Positions 5,935-15,015 of a stretch of DNA of 40,863 nt are shown here, in pieces. The number at the start of each line of letters is the position of its first letter. The first letter of the stretch is position 1. The notes below the pieces were generated by a model. It was not told the DNA's origin and did not search any database. It was given only the letters and a program-made list of their open reading frames with translations. Both the position numbers and the translations under genes were made by a program. This DNA comes from a virus: the IMG/VR virus record IMGVR_UViG_3300045988_129344; one strand, written 5' to 3'.

Positions 5935-6564
5935 ATGGGAATACCTGTTTTAATTATGGGTGAAAGCGGTAGCGGAAAAAGCGCAAGTATGAGAAATTTT
6001 GAAGCAGATGATTTGTTAATATTCAATGTGGCAAGTAAGCCGTTGCCGTTCCGTAAGAAGTTAAATTCAATAAAAAAGGCTACATACAACGTTATTGCCA
6101 AAGAATTAAGTAAAAAGCAGTACAAGCGATACGTTATAGACGACAGTCAATATTTGTTGGCGTTCGATTCGTTTAATCGTGCAAAAGAAACAGGCTATGC
6201 GAAGTTTACCGATATGGCGGTACGTTTTCAAAAGATGATTACATTTATTATTGAGGGATTGCCTGATGATACAATCGTATATTTTTTGCACCATTGCGAG
6301 CAGACCGAAAACGGTAAAATTAAAGCGAAAACAATCGGCAAAATGTTGGACAATCAGTTGACAGTTGAGGGACTGTTTTCAATCGTTTTACTATGTCAAG
6401 CTGACGGTCAAAGTCATAGTTTCATAACGCAATCAGACGGACATACAACGTGTAAGTCGCCTATGGATATGTTTGATTTAGAGATTGATAACGATTTGAA
6501 AGCAGTTGACGAAAGAATAAGAGAATATTACGGACTGAATGAGGAGGATAAGAATAATGAATAA
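5935..6564 (+). CDS. Sak4-like AAA (AAA_24-type) recombination ATPase
   Basis: Walker A LIMGESGSGKS. Walker-B-like RYVIDDSQ. Synteny with Gp157 and DUF669. Confidence 0.7.
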   Translation: MGIPVLIMGESGSGKSASMRNFEADDLLIFNVASKPLPFRKKLNSIKKATYNVIAKELSKKQYKRYVIDDSQYLLAFDSFNRAKETGYAKFTDMAVRFQKMITFIIEGLPDDTIVYFLHHCEQTENGKIKAKTIGKMLDNQLTVEGLFSIVLLCQADGQSHSFITQSDGHTTCKSPMDMFDLEIDNDLKAVDERIREYYGLNEEDKNNE

Positions 6565-7120
6565 GATACAAGGATATGACGAGGCGCAAGCATACACAGG
6601 TGAGAGCAGAGCATTGCCGGCAGGTAAATATATCTGCGAAATCAAGGGTGCAAAAGAGGTTAAAGCCAAAACCGGTAAGAAACAATTGGTATTGCAACTT
6701 GATATTGCAGAGGGTGAATACAAGGATTTTTATAGCGACCAATTTTCAAAAACTATTAAAGAAAAGGGGACGGAGGCAAAGTGGAACAACGGAGGACTTT
6801 TCAGACAAGGATACGAGGGTAAACAATTACCGTTTTTCAAAGGTATGATTACTTGTATTGAAGAAAGTAATGAGGGCTATGAATGGAATTGGGACGAAAA
6901 AACGCTTAAGGGTAAGAAAATAGGTGTATTGTTTGGACGTGAACAATACCTGATGAACGGTCAAAAAAAATGGGCGACTAAGGCAAGAGCGGTAAGAAGT
7001 ATCAAAGGATTGGAAATGTCCGAAATTCCACAGGATAAACTACTTGATGGAAGTACATCGGGATTTGATACAAGCGGATTTGATGATGAGGACGTATCGG
7101 AAGAAGATTTGCCGTTTTAA
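6557..7120 (+). CDS. DUF669-type ssDNA-binding protein with an SSB-like acidic C-terminal tip
   Basis: ALPAGKYICEIKGAKEVKAKTGKKQLVLQLDIAEGEYKDFY is typical of DUF669. The protein ends DDEDVSEEDLPF. Confidence 0.7.
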   Translation: MNKIQGYDEAQAYTGESRALPAGKYICEIKGAKEVKAKTGKKQLVLQLDIAEGEYKDFYSDQFSKTIKEKGTEAKWNNGGLFRQGYEGKQLPFFKGMITCIEESNEGYEWNWDEKTLKGKKIGVLFGREQYLMNGQKKWATKARAVRSIKGLEMSEIPQDKLLDGSTSGFDTSGFDDEDVSEEDLPF

Positions 7121-7133
7121 TATAGGTTAAGGA

Positions 7134-8993
7134 ATGGGTGCTATGGAGAATGAAAACAGAATAACGATACCCGATTTCAGTAAGGACGATTTTTTAATAT
7201 CATCAAAACCGTTTCAATGGATAATAGACCAAGCTGACGGCAACGAGTTCATCAAAGGTCAGCTTGTGGCACAAATGGCGGAAAAGGCAAAGAAATTAAA
7301 AGTATCTAATTTCCGAACACAATTTTCAAACTACGTCAGAGCGCAAAAGGGTCAAAGCATTGTTTACGGCAACGTAATGGAGTTCAGTGGCACTGCAATA
7401 ATGTGGGACACAGGCGAATGGATAGCAACTGATGACGGAGTGTATAGGTTTAAAGGACAGTTCAGCGAAAAAGTGACGGCGTGTCCACACCCGATATTTA
7501 TGATAACAAGATATTCAAATGTAGATACTGATGTTGAAAGTGTGCAACTTGTTTACGGTAGACCGGGACGAAATTACAAAACTAAAATCGTCCCACGTTC
7601 TGACCTTGCAAGTGCGAATAAAATCGTAAAATTAGCTGAATACGGTGTCGGCGTAACATCAGAAAATGCAAAGGCACTCGTACAGTTTTTAAGCGATTTT
7701 GAAAGCATAAATTATGACAAAATAATCGAAAAGAAATCGTGTGACCATATGGGTTGGGTAGGCAGAGGATTTAAAGAATTTGCACCGTATATATCAGATT
7801 TGGAGTTTGAGGGACAGGACAGTTTCAGACAGTTATTTAATTCGGTAAGAGAGGTCGGCAGTTATGAAAAATGGCTTAAAACAATCAGAGATTACCGCAA
7901 AAACGGTAATATAGTTGTTCGCATGGTAATGGCGGCGAGTTTTGCGAGTGTACTGTTAAAACCGCTCGGAGCGTTGCCGTTCTTCGTTCACCTATGGGGC
8001 GATACAGAAACGGGTAAATCGGTTGCGCTACTTGCGGCAGTGTCTGTATGGGCTGAGCCGGTTATTGGTAAATATGCCTATACATTCAATTCTACTGATG
8101 TAGGTAATGAATTATATGCGGCGTGTTTAAATTCACTGCCGTTATGTATGGACGAATTGCAGATACTGAATAAACGTTCGGATTTTGATGATATAATATA
8201 TCGTCTGTGCGAGGGTACAGGACGTTTACGCGGTAAAAAAGACGGTGGTATACAAAATATTAAGACGTGGCGAAATTGTATTATAACCACAGGCGAACGC
8301 CCGATAACATCAATGTCATCGGGTGGCGGTGCAGTCAACCGTGTTATTGAAATCGAATGTAACGGCGGTAAGTTTTTCAAAAATCCGAGAGAATTTTGCA
8401 GAACGATACAAGCGAATTACGGTCATGCCGGTAAAGAATTTATTGATAATTTAACCGGAAATATCGCTGAAGCACGAGCATTGCACGAAAAGTATATTAA
8501 ACTGTTGGAAGATAATACAGAGGCAACGGACAAACAAATTGCGTCAGCGGCGGCATTATTAACGGCTGATGAGCTGTCTGAACGTTGGATATTTAATGAC
8601 GGTGTACGAATCAGTATAGATGATATTAAACCGTATCTACAAACAAAGGATATGTTGAACGTCAACAGACGTGCGTATGATTACTTGCGAGAAGAAATTA
8701 TTGCAAATCATAGCAATTTCACATCAAACGGCAATGAGTGTTGGGGGATAGAGCAGGACGGCAATATATACATATTGAAAAATCGGTTTAATTCGATAAT
8801 TACTGACGGTGGATTTAATCCGCAGTCAACACTTTCATGGATGATTCGTAACCATAAAATTGCACGTCACGAAAATGGCAGACGCGATATATCCAAGCGA
8901 ATTAACGGAGCAAAAGCACATTGTATCTGTATCTATGTAGACGATATAGACGACTATGAGGACATTGAAAATGATGAAGATTTACCATTTTAA
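7134..8993 (+). CDS. DUF927-like SF3 replicative helicase (possible primase-helicase)
   Basis: Walker A WGDTETGKS. VSVWAEP...FNSTDVGNE...LCMDELQ...CEGTGRLRG fits the DUF927 pattern. The protein ends ENDEDLPF. Confidence 0.7.
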   Translation: MGAMENENRITIPDFSKDDFLISSKPFQWIIDQADGNEFIKGQLVAQMAEKAKKLKVSNFRTQFSNYVRAQKGQSIVYGNVMEFSGTAIMWDTGEWIATDDGVYRFKGQFSEKVTACPHPIFMITRYSNVDTDVESVQLVYGRPGRNYKTKIVPRSDLASANKIVKLAEYGVGVTSENAKALVQFLSDFESINYDKIIEKKSCDHMGWVGRGFKEFAPYISDLEFEGQDSFRQLFNSVREVGSYEKWLKTIRDYRKNGNIVVRMVMAASFASVLLKPLGALPFFVHLWGDTETGKSVALLAAVSVWAEPVIGKYAYTFNSTDVGNELYAACLNSLPLCMDELQILNKRSDFDDIIYRLCEGTGRLRGKKDGGIQNIKTWRNCIITTGERPITSMSSGGGAVNRVIEIECNGGKFFKNPREFCRTIQANYGHAGKEFIDNLTGNIAEARALHEKYIKLLEDNTEATDKQIASAAALLTADELSERWIFNDGVRISIDDIKPYLQTKDMLNVNRRAYDYLREEIIANHSNFTSNGNECWGIEQDGNIYILKNRFNSIITDGGFNPQSTLSWMIRNHKIARHENGRRDISKRINGAKAHCICIYVDDIDDYEDIENDEDLPF

Positions 8994-9004
8994 TATAAAA
9001 AAGT

Positions 9005-9208
9005 GTCCCCAAGTCCCCAACGTCCTCAACAAAACTATAATGTATATATAGTAATATTTATTTGATTAATTATTAAAAATCAAAAAAATATTGTCCTATA
9101 TAGAGTAATAAAAAATGTGTGGACATTGGGGACATATACCGATAAATCGCATAGGTATCGTATTCGGTAGCCCCCAATTTTAAAAATACTGTTTGGGGGC
9201 GTGGGGAC
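9005..9208. promoter_or_regulatory. Origin-like iteron region
   Basis: GTCCCCAA at 9005-9012 and 9013-9020, and GTCCTCAA at 9022-9029. An AT-rich stretch follows. Inverted copies are TTGGGGAC (9126-9133), TTGGGGGC (9193-9200) and GTGGGGAC (9201-9208). There is also a GCCCCCAA (9170-9177) / TTGGGGGC hairpin. Confidence 0.5.
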
Positions 9209-9229
9209 GCATATATAAGGAGTTAAACA

Positions 9230-10480
9230 ATGAAATTATTTGATTATCAAGAAAAAGCACTTGCATTGACAAGTGATAAAGATAATTCGGCATTTTACTA
9301 TGATATGGGATTAGGTAAGACGTTTATAGGCAGTGAACGATTACGATTATACGGCGAACGTGTGAATATAATTGTGTGTCAGAAGTCTAAAATCAAAGAC
9401 TGGTGCGAGCATTTCAAAGAGCATTATACGGATTATGCAGTATTTGATTTGACGAATAAAAAGGATATGCAGGCATTTATGATATATCCGATATACAAAT
9501 GTATCGGTATTATAAATTATGAGCTTGCATACAGACGTGAAGAATTAAAACGATTAACGAATTTTACGATGATGTTAGATGAAAGTTCAATGATAAAAAA
9601 TGAAACTGCAAAACGTACGAAATTCATATTATCGTTGAAACCGTCACACACAATATTGTTATCCGGTACACCGACAGACGGCAAGTATGAGTTCCTGTAT
9701 TCGCAGTTACGATTGTTAGGTTGGAAGATTACAAAAACAGCATATTATAACCGATACATAAAAACGGAATTACGAAGTTACGGCGGTCCAATGTTCAGAG
9801 TAGTTACAGGATACAAGAATGTAAGCGAATTAAAGGCAAAACTAAAGGAATACGGTGCGGTATTCGCTAAGGCGGAAGAAGTTATTAAGTTACCGGAAAA
9901 GACGTTTATCAAGGAATATTCAACCGTTTCATCAGACTATAAAAAATTTATGAAAGACAGGATAATCAAGATAGACGATAAGGAACTGACAGGTGACAGT
10001 ACATTGTCAAAAAGACTGTATGCAAGAATGTTATGTAGTGCATATAGCAAAGACAAAATATCGCGATTAATTGATTTAGTTAATTCTACATCTGACAGGG
10101 TTATTATATTCTACAATTTCAATACCGAACTTGAAGCATTAAGAAAAGTGCTGTTTGATAGACCGATAAGCATAGTAAACGGACAGATCAAGGACTTAAA
10201 AGCATACGAAAATAACGATAATTCAGTTACATTGATACAATATCAAGCCGGAGCTATGGGATTAAATTTGCAAAAGGCGAACAGAATTATATATTTTTCT
10301 CTGCCGGAACGTTCGGAACTGTTCGAGCAATCAAAGGCAAGGATATGCCGTATCGGTCAAGAAAAACAATGCTATTATCACATAATGATGTGCCATAAGA
10401 GCGTGGAAGAAAAGATATATGAGTGTCTGTTAATGCGAAAAGATTATACAGACGAATTATTCAGAAAGGAATTTGGCTGA
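9230..10480 (+). CDS. SNF2-family DNA helicase/translocase
   Basis: Motif I DMGLGKT, motif II MLDESS, motif III LLSGTP, and C-terminal QAGAMGLNLQ...RICRIGQ. Confidence 0.9.
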   Translation: MKLFDYQEKALALTSDKDNSAFYYDMGLGKTFIGSERLRLYGERVNIIVCQKSKIKDWCEHFKEHYTDYAVFDLTNKKDMQAFMIYPIYKCIGIINYELAYRREELKRLTNFTMMLDESSMIKNETAKRTKFILSLKPSHTILLSGTPTDGKYEFLYSQLRLLGWKITKTAYYNRYIKTELRSYGGPMFRVVTGYKNVSELKAKLKEYGAVFAKAEEVIKLPEKTFIKEYSTVSSDYKKFMKDRIIKIDDKELTGDSTLSKRLYARMLCSAYSKDKISRLIDLVNSTSDRVIIFYNFNTELEALRKVLFDRPISIVNGQIKDLKAYENNDNSVTLIQYQAGAMGLNLQKANRIIYFSLPERSELFEQSKARICRIGQEKQCYYHIMMCHKSVEEKIYECLLMRKDYTDELFRKEFG

Positions 10481-10776
10481 TGGCAGAGGAAAAGAATTTT
10501 GAAAACCGAGTTAAGCAATGGCTTAGAAGTAAAGGCTGTTATGTGGTTAAATATTATGGTTGCGGAGGTACAAGAGCGGGCGTTCCCGATTTGCTTGTAT
10601 GTGCGAATGGTAGATTTGTCGGTGTTGAAATTAAAGCTGAACACGGTAAGTTGGCACCGTTGCAACGCAGTCATTTAGATAAAATATTAACTTCCGGCGG
10701 TGCAGTTACAGTCCTTAGACCGTCTGAATTTGACGGATTTAAAAAGTTCATTGAGGAAGTGCTGAATGATGATTGA
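10480..10776 (+). CDS. VRR-NUC domain nuclease
   Basis: GVPDLLVCANGRFVGVEIKAEHGKLAPLQ is a PD-(D/E)xK motif. The ATG overlaps the SNF2 stop. Confidence 0.8.
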   Translation: MAEEKNFENRVKQWLRSKGCYVVKYYGCGGTRAGVPDLLVCANGRFVGVEIKAEHGKLAPLQRSHLDKILTSGGAVTVLRPSEFDGFKKFIEEVLNDD

Positions 10777-11035
10777 TAAAGCTACAAGAAATAAGCTGAA
10801 AGCTAAGGCAAACGAATTGTCGGATATATGTGTAACTGATGGCGAAAAGTTTGCAAAATGCTATGACGATATGTATAACAGTGGTGAATTTAATTGCGGG
10901 GAATGTTTCATCATAGCACGATTAGCTGATTTATATACTGCAATAAAACAGGGTATTATTGATAAAAATGACGGTGCTAAACAGCAAAGTGAAATATTTA
11001 AGGTGATTGAATTGGAGGAAAACGATGATAATTAA
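10766..11035 (+). CDS. Hypothetical protein (89 aa)
   Basis: ORF coupled to its neighbours. No motif recognised. Confidence 0.55.
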   Translation: MMIDKATRNKLKAKANELSDICVTDGEKFAKCYDDMYNSGEFNCGECFIIARLADLYTAIKQGIIDKNDGAKQQSEIFKVIELEENDDN

Positions 11036-11669
11036 ACAAGACAGAGAAAATTTTCATATGTTGAATTTTTTGGACAAGTTTATGATGGGACATAAAGGAT
11101 ACATAGCAGGCGGCTGTTTTAAAAACATTTTCAACGGTGAAAAGATAAAGGACATAGATATATTTTTTGATGACGAGGAAGAATTTTATTGCGCCGTGGA
11201 ATACTTCGACAGTCAGACAGAAGGATATACAGGCGATAACGCATTGACAGTGCAATATAATTTTTACTACGAAAACGACAATGTCAAGGCATATAAGCAT
11301 ATAGACAGTGGGTTGGTATTGGAGTTATGTCGTAAAAATTTCAATGACGCAAAGTCGATGTTAGAAAATTTTGATTTTACTATATCAAAGTTTGCATATT
11401 TCAAAGAAGAAGTAACGGAGGACGACGGAAAACATATTGAATATAAAGTAATGTACGACGATAAGTTTTTTGAACACCTACATACAAAACGATTGGTAGT
11501 CGATGACAAAATACTGTTTCCAATGTCAACATTTGAGCGAATGATACGATATATCAAATATGGATATATGCCGTGCAGAGAAACAAAATTGAAGATAGCA
11601 ACAGCAATACACGAAACAAATATTGAGGATATTTCGGTCAGCAAAAGTTTGTATGAGGGTATGGATTAA
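11025..11669 (+). CDS. Minimal Pol-beta-superfamily nucleotidyltransferase, class-II CCA-adding/poly(A)-polymerase head-domain-like
   Basis: IAGGCFKNIFNGEKIKDIDIFF fits GG-x12-DxD. ENFDFTISKFAY resembles the RDFTINA motif. ATG at 11025 after GGAGGA. Confidence 0.55.
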   Translation: MIIKQDRENFHMLNFLDKFMMGHKGYIAGGCFKNIFNGEKIKDIDIFFDDEEEFYCAVEYFDSQTEGYTGDNALTVQYNFYYENDNVKAYKHIDSGLVLELCRKNFNDAKSMLENFDFTISKFAYFKEEVTEDDGKHIEYKVMYDDKFFEHLHTKRLVVDDKILFPMSTFERMIRYIKYGYMPCRETKLKIATAIHETNIEDISVSKSLYEGMD

Positions 11670-11693
11670 TTTATTTTTAGGAGGAATAAGACA

Positions 11694-11840
11694 ATGACAG
11701 TCGCAGATTTTTATGAAAAGTTCAAAGAATTAATGGAACAAGGATATGGTGAATATACGGTGTCAACTGACGCGGGACTTGCTCCGTTAGTGGCTGAAAA
11801 GACAGAGATATGGGAAGATAGCAAAAAAGTGATTTTGTGA
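11694..11840 (+). CDS. Hypothetical protein (48 aa)
   Basis: ATG at 11694 after AGGAGGA. Below the ORF-track cutoff. Confidence 0.5.
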   Translation: MTVADFYEKFKELMEQGYGEYTVSTDAGLAPLVAEKTEIWEDSKKVIL

Positions 11841-11863
11841 TAAAGAAAGTGAGGAACAAAAAA

Positions 11864-12424
11864 ATGCAAGTAACGATTAATGCAAATGGTAAAACCGTTC
11901 AAGCTGAAATATCGGAAGGACAGCTGAAAGAGTTGGGACTGGTTGAGCAGTTAAAAAAGTTGGGATTGCTTGAGGATAAACCTAGAACTGGGTATGAGGG
12001 AAGAGAAGAATGTAACAATAAGAAGCATTATTTTGTCAATACTATAGATTTAGTAATAGAAGATGAGAATACCGTCCTATTTGACCAAAATCGTTATGAT
12101 GTAGGCAATTATTACAGCGATAAAACCATTGCTGAGAACAATGCAAGAGCAGACAGATTACTCCGTCAACTAAGACAATGGCAGGCACAAAACGACGAGC
12201 CTATTTCAGTAGAAGATTGGAACAATGAAAGTAAAAAGAAGTGGTTTATTATATATAGTTCTGAAGAAATGTACGCAGAGTATTATTATATTATGCGATT
12301 ACCTAATACAATATATTTCACCACCAAAGAAAAAGCCGAAGAAGCTATCGAAGTATTCAAAGATGAACTGATATGGTATTTTACTGAGTATGTTCAGAGA
12401 TTAGACGAGGTACAAAATGGTTAA
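11864..12424 (+). CDS. Hypothetical protein (186 aa)
   Basis: ATG at 11864 after GTGAGGA. No motif recognised. Confidence 0.6.
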   Translation: MQVTINANGKTVQAEISEGQLKELGLVEQLKKLGLLEDKPRTGYEGREECNNKKHYFVNTIDLVIEDENTVLFDQNRYDVGNYYSDKTIAENNARADRLLRQLRQWQAQNDEPISVEDWNNESKKKWFIIYSSEEMYAEYYYIMRLPNTIYFTTKEKAEEAIEVFKDELIWYFTEYVQRLDEVQNG

Positions 12425-12587
12425 AGAACAATTATGTTGGGCGTGTCAGAAAGCTTGCGGCGATTGTTCGTGGAGCAGTTGCTTTCAGCCTGTGGAGGGT
12501 TGGACTGCTGAAAAGGTACAACGCAAGACGTATGATTCGTATAGGATTGAAAAGTGTCCGGAGTATGTACCGGACAAGAAAGCATAG
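12417..12587 (+). CDS. Small Cys-rich protein (56 aa)
   Basis: CWACQKACGDCSWSSC cluster. ATG overlaps the previous gene. Confidence 0.5.
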   Translation: MVKEQLCWACQKACGDCSWSSCFQPVEGWTAEKVQRKTYDSYRIEKCPEYVPDKKA

Positions 12588-12598
12588 GGGGAATTAAT

Positions 12599-12991
12599 TT
12601 GACAAAGGAAGAGCTAAAACAGTATCGCAGTATTGTAGCGGAATTAAACGAGGTAAATGACAGAATAAACAGTAGTACAGTACACGGAACTGTCACAGGC
12701 TCTGACAGTGAGTTCCCGTACGTTAAACACTGTATTTCTGTATCGGGCGTTGAGCCAACGCAAAAGAACGAGAATAATATTATATTACGTCAACGATTAG
12801 AATGGCAGAAAAACAAGATTGAATTGTTTGTTGCCGGTATATCAGACAGTGAAACACGTCGCATATTCCGATATAGATACATAGACGGAACGATAATGCC
12901 GTCGTGGCAGTGGATAGCGTTCAAGATGGGTGGTGGCAATTCGGCTGACGCAGTGAGAAAACGTGTCAATAGATTTTTGAAAAAAAATTAA
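12599..12991 (+). CDS. Late-gene transcriptional regulator, sigma-70 region-4-like HTH (DUF1492/ArpU-type)
   Basis: ISDSETRRIFRYRYIDGTIMPSWQWIAFKMGGGNSADAVRKRVNRFLKK. It sits directly upstream of the packaging genes. TTG start at 12599 after AGGGGG; the start is uncertain. Confidence 0.6.
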   Translation: MTKEELKQYRSIVAELNEVNDRINSSTVHGTVTGSDSEFPYVKHCISVSGVEPTQKNENNIILRQRLEWQKNKIELFVAGISDSETRRIFRYRYIDGTIMPSWQWIAFKMGGGNSADAVRKRVNRFLKKN

Positions 12992-12993
12992 AC

Positions 12994-13027
12994 TTGTCCG
13001 TTTTGTCCGTTTTTCCTATGGTATAAT
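12994..13027 (+). promoter_or_regulatory. Direct repeats TTGTCCGTTT x2 plus an extended -10 (candidate late promoter)
   Basis: TTGTCCGTTT at 12994-13003 and 13003-12, then TGgTATAAT at 13019-13027. No good -35 at 17-nt spacing, which is consistent with activator dependence. Confidence 0.4.
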
Positions 13028-13266
13028 TTATAATGCGAAAAGAATGAGCAAACAAAAAATAATGCAAAACATATATACAGTGCAATATTTTGTGTTCTAT
13101 ATCTTACCGCTCGTTATTTTCGTAAAAAAGGTAGTGTATCGTCGTGAGATGATGGGTGAATATCTCAAAATTGATTGGTGGGAATGGAGATATTAGATTA
13201 AACAGATTGTATGTGTTAATCATATGCAGTCTGTTTTTATTTTTGGATAAAGAAAGGGACATAATT

Positions 13267-14809
13267 ATGGAGCTATTGCAATTAGTTGAAAAATTCAAGA
13301 ACGTTTTCAGCATAGAAAAAATTGAAGATGTTGTTGATGAATTAAAATCAACATTGTTAAATGCCGAAAATTGTCGAAAGCTATGTGAAGATTGGATTTT
13401 AATATGTCCTGATTTAACAATAGATTATATGCAAATGATATTTCAATATTATTTTGCCGACCGCAAAGAAAAAATGCAGGACTACACACCGAAAAGCCTT
13501 GCGGTAGCGGTTGCAGAGTTATCAAAAACCGAAAATGAAAAGATTTGTTTGGATTTGTGTGCGGGTAGCGGAGCATTGACAATCCAAAAATGGAACGAAA
13601 ATAACGATTTAAAATTCATATGCAAAGAATATGACAATCGTGTTATTCCGTTTTTGTTGTTTAATTTGGCAATTAGAAATATTGACGCCGAAGTTATTCA
13701 TTGTGATGTATTGTCAGATGAAAATTTCAAAACATACAGGACGCAAAAGGGTGATAGATTTGCAACTGTTAAAGAGATAACTAAGAGCGAATTTAAAGCT
13801 GATTGTTGTATATCGAATCCGCCGTACAATATGAAATGGGAACAACCTGTATTTGCACAATTACAGAATAGATTTTCACAGTGCGAAGGTACCGCCGGAA
13901 AGTAATGCGAATTATGCGTTTGTATTGACTGCGTTAGATGAGATTACGGGCAAAGCAAGTTTTATATTGCCGAATGGTGTTTTAAGTACAGACAACCAAA
14001 AGGAAAAGCAAATAAGACAGTATTTAGTTGAAATGAATTTCATAGAAAGTATAATTGTATGTCCTGATAAAATGTTTGAAGTTACGTCAATACCAACGTG
14101 TATTATAACATTTAACAAAAATAAAAAACATTCAACGATAGAAATGATTGACCTGCGACAGAGGTATGAAACGGAACAACGAATGCAAAACGGACAGTTT
14201 GGCGGCAAAAGTCACACTAACAGGACATACGCAAAAGAGGTCAAGATTATATCCGAAAGTCAGATACAAGATGTATTAATACAAATTGAACAGTACGGAA
14301 ATATAGCGGGTTACTGCAAGGCAGTAAGCATTGAAGAAATAAAAAACAATAATTATGTATTGGTGCCAAGCCGATACATAGAGTTTGAGAATATAGAAAA
14401 TGCACATAGACCGTACAACGAAATAGTTGCGGATATTAACAGAATTATAACTGAAAAAAATACTTGTAAACTAACAATAAACGAAACAATCGCCAAGTCT
14501 TTAGGATTTGACATTGAACTGTTCAAGCAGGACAACGGTACAAATAATGATTTCTCAAAATTGACAGAAAAAATATGCGGTGAAAAGATTGTAAAAAATG
14601 ATTATTTCAAAACAACCAAAAATAAAAATGAAATAACATTTTCAAACAACAGCAAAGAAAATATATCAAGTATTCTTATGATGATATTTAACACGTGGAA
14701 ACAACACATATATTATCTAAATCTTGAAGAAAACAGATATTTAGCGGAACTTCGGGACGCACTGTTGCCGGAACTGATGAGTGGAAAAATAGATATAAGT
14801 GATATATAA
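13267..14809 (+). pseudogene. N6-adenine DNA methyltransferase (HsdM-like with an HsdS-like C-terminal helix), split by a frameshift near 13885-13900
   Basis: Motif I LDLCAGSGALT and motif IV ISNPPYNMKW are in frame A, which ends at 13905. The expected continuation PPESNANYAFVLTAL...LPNGVL...IR.YL is in the +1 frame (ORF 13853-14809). The C-terminus LAELRDALLPELMSGKIDIS resembles the conserved HsdS helix. Confidence 0.75.
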
Positions 14810-14829
14810 GCGGTGGAAAGGATAAAACA

Positions 14830-14991
14830 ATGTTTGAAAGAATAAAAGCATATTTACGCAATAGAAGATATGAACGAGAACGTAAGAAGTTCATACGCAA
14901 ATGGAACGAGGATAATAAAAATTGGTGCGAGTGTCGACATAAACGCAAAGCGTTTAAACGTGCAATGATAAAAAACGGTTATACGATGTAA
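14830..14991 (+). CDS. Small basic protein (53 aa)
   Basis: ATG at 14830 after GGAAAGGA. Arg/Lys-rich. Confidence 0.45.
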   Translation: MFERIKAYLRNRRYERERKKFIRKWNEDNKNWCECRHKRKAFKRAMIKNGYTM

Positions 14992-15015
14992 TCAAACAGA
15001 AAATGTGAAAGTGAG

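Noticed and set aside
5020-6125. Minus-strand ORFs 5020-5331, 5394-5708 and 5781-6125
   Set aside because: All are antisense to the tightly coupled plus-strand early/recombination genes (HTH protein, Gp157, Sak4-like), and none has translation signals.
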